This document shows positions 22,636-29,984 of a stretch of 29,984 nucleotides of DNA, piece after piece. The notes beneath the pieces were generated by a model. That model was not told the DNA's origin. It searched no databases and was given only the letters and a program-made list of their open reading frames with translations. This stretch comes from Octopus sinensis (taxonomy: Eukaryota): contig NW_021833490.1 in NCBI RefSeq assembly GCF_006345805.1, positions 1 to 29,984 on the forward strand. Direction: 5' to 3'. How positions within the stretch are numbered: position 1 is the first letter of the stretch; each line of letters starts with the position of its first letter. The translations under genes were made by a program, and so were the position numbers.

Positions 22636-23842
22636 GAAGGCAATCGTGATTGGAAACGTCACTAATCAGAACTGAATACTCGTTGGGTGTTGCTCGCGCA
22701 TGCGTAAATCTGGATCCAGTTTAGCGCTGAGATCTGGTGTGGCTATTAATACACCTGCATACATAAACAGACGCATGCGCACACACACGCGTAAACACAC
22801 ACATTAATTAAGATTACAAAGTAGATTTTGAGATAATTTAGAAAAGCTGTTTTATAACAGCTTTATTTTATATTTCAAAAGCTTGGCTAAATTGCATGTT
22901 CATTCAATACACGTGAAGACTCACCTTATATTTGAAAATGCACCCCGACCCCCCACTAAAGAATTGAGAATATATATAAAAAAAAAAACAAAAAACAAAA
23001 CAAAAACATGTGCTGCGAATTGATATTATCAAATAATTAATTTACGTTGCCTGCGCTTGCACTGTTTCGCAAATTGGGAGCATCAGCTCAGGATGTGTAT
23101 AATAAATTATTATTATATCGGTCGACGGAAGCTAATAAAACGAACCCTGATGAGATCCTAATAAACGCCGAAACAAGTCAATCTGATATTTCTGTTTACT
23201 ATTCGGGCCGTGGCTAAATTGTGCTCCCTAAAAACACGAACTCGTTAGGTTTACCTGGCAAAACAAATACTACGAAGAAAGGATATCTGTCATTCTCGAG
23301 ACTGTTTCTGGGATGTCTTTGTTTCGCCTGAGCAATATATGGGGACTGGAAGACTATATGTCTTTAAAGGGATTTTCCAGGATGAAATAAAATCACAGTT
23401 TCTGGCGTTTAAACAACAACACACATGTTAAGTTTGTGGTATTGATAATGTGTTTGTTGTAAAGTTGTTACTGTTACAATTTAAATGTTGAAGTGAATCT
23501 AACGGCTTTTGTGCGTTTCTTAAATGGCTTATAAACACCTTCCACGCTGCAATTGTTTTCGTTCCAGCACACGATCTCAGATCAGGTCACTTGCTATGCA
23601 AGTACATCTCCGTAACTGCTACTATTACATAACTGGAAAATACACACACACACACACACCACACATTATACGTGCACGGGGTAGCTGTAACTGTCATTCG
23701 CAACGTTTCGTTTGATGTCATTATCGGTGAAACTTCGAAGTCACAATCAGACTGTATTCCACTCTACTCTAAGTTGTAATCTTATATCGAGTTATCACCA
23801 CCATCATCATCATCATCACCACCATCATCATCATCATGATTA

Positions 23843-24370
23843 AGGTGGCGAGCTGGCTAAATCGTTACAGTATTTTCTAAGCTGAAATTCCACCGTGGTC
23901 GTCTTTGGTTCTCACTCTTTCGCAATCAATAAAATAAATAAATACCAGCTGCATACGGGGGAGGGGGTGTCAATGCAATCGACAGTCTCCTCCCTCAAAA
24001 TTGCCGGCGTTGTGCCTATAGCAGAAAGGATTGGTAGAATCGTTTGCACGCCGGGAAAAATGCTCAGTGGCATTTCAGCCATCTTTGTGTTCTGAGTTCA
24101 AATTCCGCCCAGGTTGACTTTGCCTTTCATCCCTTCGGGCTCGATAAAATAAGTACCAGTTGAGTACTGGGGTCGATCTAATGTACTTCCCCCTCCGACA
24201 AATTTCAGGCTTTGTCCTTATTGTAGAAACGATTGTCGACTTTGCCTTTCGTCATGACCAGATCGATAAAATAGTACCAGCTGAATACTGGGGTTGATGT
24301 AATCGACTTATCCCCTTCTCACAAATTTCAGGCCTTCTGTCTATAGTAGAAAGGATGATTATTATTATTA
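23843..24370 (+). mobile_element. Three head-to-tail SINE family A copies, tail type 2
   Basis: Copy 1 23843-24032 (head AGGTGGCGAGCTGGCTAAATCGTTA). Copy 2 24033-24234 (starts at A box GGTAGAATCGTT, B box GAGTTCAAATTCC). Copy 3 24235-24370 (starts at GTCGACTTTGCC, ends in (ATT)n). Confidence 0.88.
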
Positions 24371-24829
24371 CTAGAAGTAGCAGTAGTAATAGTAGTAGTA
24401 GTATCTAACGTTTGAAAAATTCCGAAGTCCTCGCGTCTCCACGTATATTCTTAAGAATCCATATCCGTATGTGTGCGTGTGTATATGTGTGTATATATAT
24501 GTGTGTATATATATGTGTGTATATGTGTGGTTTCTGTATTTGAACTCGTGTGATTGTCAGTGTGTGTGGTTAAAGACGACTTTCTCCTCCCGCTTCTTCG
24601 TCTGTCCCCATTCATCGGCCTTTAACGCCCACACGCTTAGGGGTCAAGAATATATATATAAAAAAAAAAGAACAACCTTCTCCATTTCTCCCGGACTTCA
24701 ATAAAAAATGTCTTTATTGCATTTACCGTTTCAGGCAAGCAAAAGAATTTGAACGCTTCATTAAACAAGGTCGACGTCACTGCTATTGTTGTTGTTGTTG
24801 TTGTTGTGTCCTTGTTCTTCTTATTTTCT

Positions 24830-24913
24830 CTTCTTCTTCTTCTTCTTCTTCTTCTTCTTCTTCTTCTTCTTCTTCTTCTTCTTCTTCTTCTTCTTCTTCT
24901 TCTTCTTCTTCTT
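24830..24913. repeat. (CTT)28 pure trinucleotide tract
   Basis: Directly visible. Explains the poly-R and poly-F ORFs. Confidence 0.95.
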
Positions 24914-24975
24914 CCGCCATAGGGACATATATGCATCCATCTCTCACTCTCTATGTATATGTATATATATATAAT

Positions 24976-25022
<47 letters not shown>

Positions 25023-25339
25023 GATTTTCACTTTTTTACATGTTTCAGTCGTTAAACAGCGGTCAAGATCGGGCACCACACATACGTACATGTGTACACA
25101 CACACGCGCGGGCGCACACACACACACGCACGCACGTATACACGCGCGCACACATACACCTGAGTTAATGTAGTCCTCGATACACAATGCGTGAAAGTGG
25201 AAAATGTCGGTTATGGTTGTAACAATCTTCATCATAGTCTGGTGGATAAACATCATCATCATCATCATTAACAAGAACAAGAGCAAAAAGGTGACATAGT
25301 ATGCAGAAATGTTAAAGAAAAACAGCTATGGCCGCAAAC

Positions 25340-25430
25340 ATGGCTCTGGGGTAAGAAGTCTGCCTGACCCATATGGTTGCAAGTTCGGTCCCACAGCGTG
25401 GCACCTTGTCTCGGGGCGACGGAAACTGAG
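25340..25430 (+). mobile_element. SINE family B, internally deleted
   Basis: ATGGCTCTGGGGTAAGAAG…GTTCGGTCCCACAGCGTGGCACCTTG joined directly to ACGGAAACTGAG. The middle seen in the 20277 copy is missing. Confidence 0.7.
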
Positions 25431-26397
25431 TTCTATTTTCCTGTTTGCATCACCAAGCTTTATATATATATTATATATAATATATACATACATATATATA
25501 TACATATATACATCCGTAAACAAATTTTAAAGGTATGTATACACACACACACATATATTGCAATGTAGAAGGATGTGTGCGTGTGTGTGCGCGCGTTTGT
25601 ATGTATGTACGAAAGCAGGCTAATAGAAATGTCAGCAGAAACGGTGTTTTATTGTTCAGGTATTCCTTCAATGTGATCCCTATTAGTTAAAAACCCTTTA
25701 CATCCTGTCAGACAAACATATCAACTGACAGCCGCCATTCTTGCACATTCACTTTCCATGTGTTTTATCTTTTTTCTTTCCTGATGGAGAAATCGACGCA
25801 GAATTTCTTTCCTCTTTCACTCGCTGCTTCGTCTTTTCTCTTACATTCGTTCAATTTTGCCATTTATTGTTTTCGTTTTGTTATGTTTTGTGTGATTTTC
25901 GTCTCTTTTTGTTACTTTTTCTTTTTATTTTCCCTACTTTCTCTTTTCTTCGTTTGTTTGTTATTTCAGGGTGGCTTATATATAAGCACCACGACCACCA
26001 TCTCTGATACCACTATCACCGTCGATGGTGAGGGCCGTGTTAGTGGTGATATTGAGTACCGCGATGCTGATGATGCTGATCACGATAACGATAATGATGA
26101 TGACGACCATGACGATAATAACGACGATTGTAATGGTTAATGTGATGATGATGATGATGATGATGATGAGATAATGATTATCATTTCCAACATCGACACT
26201 TGTCTGTGGGACACGGAGGTGGTACAGAGAGACCTACCGGACCCTACCCTCGCAACCCCATTCAAAAATAAATCATGTTTTGTATCTGTTTTCTCCGAAA
26301 CCATAAGGATGTTGAGATGCTGCAGTCCACCGCGGAGTACATTTGACTTTAGAGGGCCATGGGTGATAATGGAATACGACATATTTCGTATTATAGT

Positions 26398-26630
26398 AAG
26401 CGACGAGGTGGCAGAATCGTTAGCGCGCGGGGAAAATGCTTGGCGGCATTTCGTCTTTCGTTAAGAACTTACGAGCTGAGTTCAAATTCCGCTGAGGTTG
26501 ACTGACTTTCATCCTTTCGAGATCGATAATCGACAAAATGAGCATCAGTCGATTATTGGGGTTGATGTAATCGACTTAACCCCTCCCCCGAAATTACCGG
26601 CTTTGTACCAAAATGTGAAACCCAATATAT
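26398..26630 (+). mobile_element. SINE family A, tail type 1 (in duplication unit 1)
   Basis: TGGCAGAATCGTTAG (A box), GAGTTCAAATTCCG (B box), …CTTTGTACCAAAATGTGAAACC. Confidence 0.85.
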
Positions 26631-27842
26631 TTTGTATTATAGTGAAAGAAGCGATTGATAGAGCTTGTGAAAGCGAGTCCAGAGTCACAATGACGAATAG
26701 AGTCTCATCAGTATGCTTATGGCTGTTTGCATTTCTCTCTTATTATCTCTCTTTCCCCGAGAATTCTCAAATTATGAAGACCAAGAATGAATAACAGAGA
26801 ATGGACTGAGGGAGAGACAGCAAAATGCAATGCGTATATATAATACAGGCATACTAACTTACAAACAAAAACACATACACAAACGTGTATATATATCATA
26901 CACAAATGTATATGCATATATATATATATATACATACATATACTATTACTATATATACATCCGTAAACAAATTTTAAAGGTATGTATACACACACACACA
27001 TATATTGCAATGTAGAAGGATGTGTGCGTGTGTGTGCGCGCGTTTGTATGTATGTACGAAAGCAGGCTAATAGAAATGTCAGCAGAAACGGTGTTTTATT
27101 GTTCAGGTATTCCTTCAATGTGATCCCTATTAGTTAAAAACCCTTTACATCCTGTCAGACAAACATATCAACTGACAGCCGCCATTCTTGCACATTCACT
27201 TTCCATGTGTTTTATCTTTTTTCTTTCCTGATGGAGAAATCGACGCAGAATTTCTTTCCTCTTTCACTCGCTGCTTCGTCTTTTCTCTTACATTCGTTCA
27301 ATTTTGCCATTTATTGTTTTCGTTTTGTTATGTTTTTGTGTGTGATTTTCGTCTCTTTTTGTTACTTTTCTTTTTATTTTCCCTACTTTCTCTTTTGTTT
27401 GTTTGTTATTTCAGGGTGGCTTATATAAAGCACCAACGACCACCATCTCTGATACCACTATCACCGTCGATGGTGAGGGCGGTGTTAGTGGTGATATTGA
27501 GTACCGCGATGCTGATGATGCTGATCACGATAACGATAATGATGATGACGACCCACGATAATAACGACGATTGTAATGGTTAATGTGATGATGATGATGA
27601 TGATGATGATGAGATAATGATTATCATTTCCAACATCGACACTTGTCTGTGGGACACGGAGGTGGTACAGAGAGACCTACCGGACCCTACCCTCGCAACC
27701 CCCATTCAAAAATAAATCATGTTTTGTATTCTGTTTTCTCCGAAACCATAAGGATGTTGAGATGCTGCAGTCCACCGCGGAGTACATTTGACTTTAGAGG
27801 GCCATGGGTGATAATGGAATACGACATATTTCGTATTATAGT

Positions 27843-28077
27843 AAGGCGACGAGGTGGCAGAATCGTTAGCGCGGCGGGAAAAATGCTTGGCGGCATTTCG
27901 TCTTTCGTTAAGAACTTACGAGCTGAGTTCAAATTCCGCTGAGGTTGACTGACTTTCATCCTTTCGAGATCGATAATCGACAAAATGAGCATCAGTCGAT
28001 TATTGGGGTTGATGTAATCGACTTAACCCCTCCCCCGAAATTACCGGCTTTGTACCAAAATGTGAAACCCAATATAT
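27843..28077 (+). mobile_element. SINE family A, tail type 1 (in duplication unit 2)
   Basis: Duplicate of 26398-26630. Confidence 0.85.
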
Positions 28078-28859
28078 TTTGTATTATAGTGAACGAAGCG
28101 ATTGATAGAGCTTGTGAAAGCGAGTCCAGAGTCACAATGACGAATAGAGTCTCATCAGTATGCTTATGGCTGTTTGCATTTCTCTCTTATTATCTCTCTT
28201 TCCCCGAGAATTCTCAAATTATGAAGACCAAGAAGAATAACAGAGAATGGACTGAGGGAGAGACAGCAAAATGCAATGCGTATATATAATACAGGCATAC
28301 TAACTTACAAACAAAAACACATACACAAACGTGTATATATATCATACACAAATGTATATGCATATATATATATATATACGTATTTATTTTACACATAACC
28401 CAGTTTTGTGGCAACTATAGGGAACTATTATTCGCGAATTATTTTCGAACACACTACTGCCCCCAAAATTATACCGTGGTAATTGAATGTAGTTTTAAAT
28501 AATTAATGCCTCCATCTTGAATCGAGATGAAAAAAAAGCAAAAAGAGAAATGATAGTAATAAATATTTGTAAAAAAAAAGAAAACTACATGAAAACACGA
28601 AATCACAACCTTCACCTAGCAAAATGTATGTGCGTGTGTGTAGATATGCACACACACACACACGCACATACACACACACATAAGTATGCATATGCATTAT
28701 AATATATAATTACAAATACTAATTTGTATATAAGATATTGAGAAAAAGAAAATGGAATTCAGTTGATTCTTTATTATTCACTACGATCGTATCGTCCCAT
28801 AGTGCGCCGATGTATGCTCAACTTTAAAATATATCTAATATGTATCTCTCTCTCTCTGG

Positions 28860-28884
28860 ATATCTATATATATATATATATATA

Positions 28885-28955
<71 letters not shown>

Positions 28956-28962
28956 ATATATA
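28860..28962. repeat. (TA)n tract
   Basis: Directly visible. Confidence 0.95.
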
Positions 28963-29330
28963 CTAGCAGTATCACCCGGTGTTGCTTGGTTTGTTTCGAC
29001 CCTGTAGAATCGGAATTTTTGAAAAGTAAAAATTTTGCATATGCAGCTTGTTGTTCTCTTCAAGTGAACATTTTTTCCAGTTGAAATACACCGAAAAATG
29101 GTGACACAGCAGTCAAAAATCGTAAAAAATAGCACCTTTTTGATGTAAATAATTTTTAGTGTTAACATGGTCCGATTTGAATTTTATCTACTACAGAATG
29201 AAGAGCAAGCCTTCTTCTATCATACTTTCAATTTTGGTCAACTTGCGCTGCGGGGTCTCGAAGGAGATAGTGTTAGTTGAAGGCTACCAAACCTGCCACA
29301 TACAGACAACTTCAGCTTTATATATATAGA
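28963..29330 (-). mobile_element. Non-autonomous Helitron
   Basis: The minus strand starts A|TCTATATATATAAAGCTGAAG (29330) and ends …AACCAAGCAACACCGGGTGATACTGCTAG|T (28963). This gives a 5' TC, a 3' CTAG, a degenerate subterminal hairpin, insertion between A and T, and no TSD. Confidence 0.75.
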
Positions 29331-29382
29331 TTTGCTACACACTACTTTCCATCCTTAATAATGAAACTTGGTAGATCCAAAA

Positions 29383-29984
29383 GTTAAACATACAGACACA
29401 CAAGTTGAGTTTTATATATATAGATTTCTCAACAGGGATTTCAGGGGAGTTTCAGGGAGTCGCTGGCGATGTATCGCGATGATCAAAAATCCGGCCTGCT
29501 AAAATTTGGTTAAAGTGATTCAAACTGCAGACTGAACGCAAAATGGTTACATTTAATTCAAAGCGTTAAAAATGTTATGAAAACAATTGATATGTGTTCA
29601 CGAAGTCCAAACGTTTAATACGAAAAAAACCCTCCAGGCTACATCCCGAAAATTCATTTCTTTGCCGAATTTCTACAATTACGGCGATTCGTTTTTATAT
29701 CTTGATTTTTTATTTTTCATGCAATTTACGCATGCTTGCACGCGTGGTGAAAACAATTCACGCCAAACAGCTGACTGAGTAAAGTTCACTATTCAATGCA
29801 TGGGATTATCGATTTTTGCACTTGCGAGATGAATTTCGGAACAGAAATAGCGCAGTTCAATTTTCATTCGCCTAAACTTTAAGTGACTCATTTTTGGTGG
29901 TTCTACGATTTGTTGGCTAGGAGGAGATGTGCCAGGACGTTAAACACACAGACACACAAGTTGAGTTTTATATGTATATATTAT
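29383..29984 (-). mobile_element. Additional Helitron-like 5' termini and associated sequence
   Basis: GTTAAACAYACAGACACACAAGTTGAGTTTTATAT occurs at 29383 and 29939. The first ends in a clean TATATATAGAT (A|TC on the minus strand at 29424). Confidence 0.55.

Larger units (their letters stand above)
25504..28379 (+). repeat. Tandem duplication, ~1447 bp unit x2 (25504-26950 and 26951-28379)
   Basis: CATCCGTAAACAAATTTTAAAGG starts at 25511 and 26958. Near-identity continues to the TA tracts at ~26933 and ~28379. Identical ORF translations appear twice in the track. Confidence 0.95.

Noticed and set aside
26700-26715. CTGATGA on the minus strand (also at ~28150), at 3626 on plus, and CTGACGA at ~5751
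   Set aside because: No downstream stem II, GAAA and NUH arrangement, so these are not hammerheads.

Overview
Eukaryotic, AT-rich, microsatellite-dense non-coding DNA (intronic or intergenic). The SINE sequences and the abundance of simple repeats look like an octopus (coleoid cephalopod) genome; this is an inference from remembered repeat consensus sequences, not a search result. I recognise no host gene, and almost all ORFs in the track are translated microsatellites. The only recognisable protein is the C-terminal GIY-YIG endonuclease of a 5'-truncated Penelope-like retroelement (minus strand, 7844-8434). The most notable item is a complete type I hammerhead ribozyme (7274-7376, plus strand) with a palindromic stem III. 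It lies in a ~200 bp unit bounded by (TA)n tracts, tail-to-tail with the Penelope fragment. The window also holds two tRNA-type SINE families (about a dozen copies), several MITEs or hairpins, a young ~170 bp inverted duplication, a ~1.45 kb tandem duplication that may be an assembly artefact, and a non-autonomous Helitron with stacked 5' termini.
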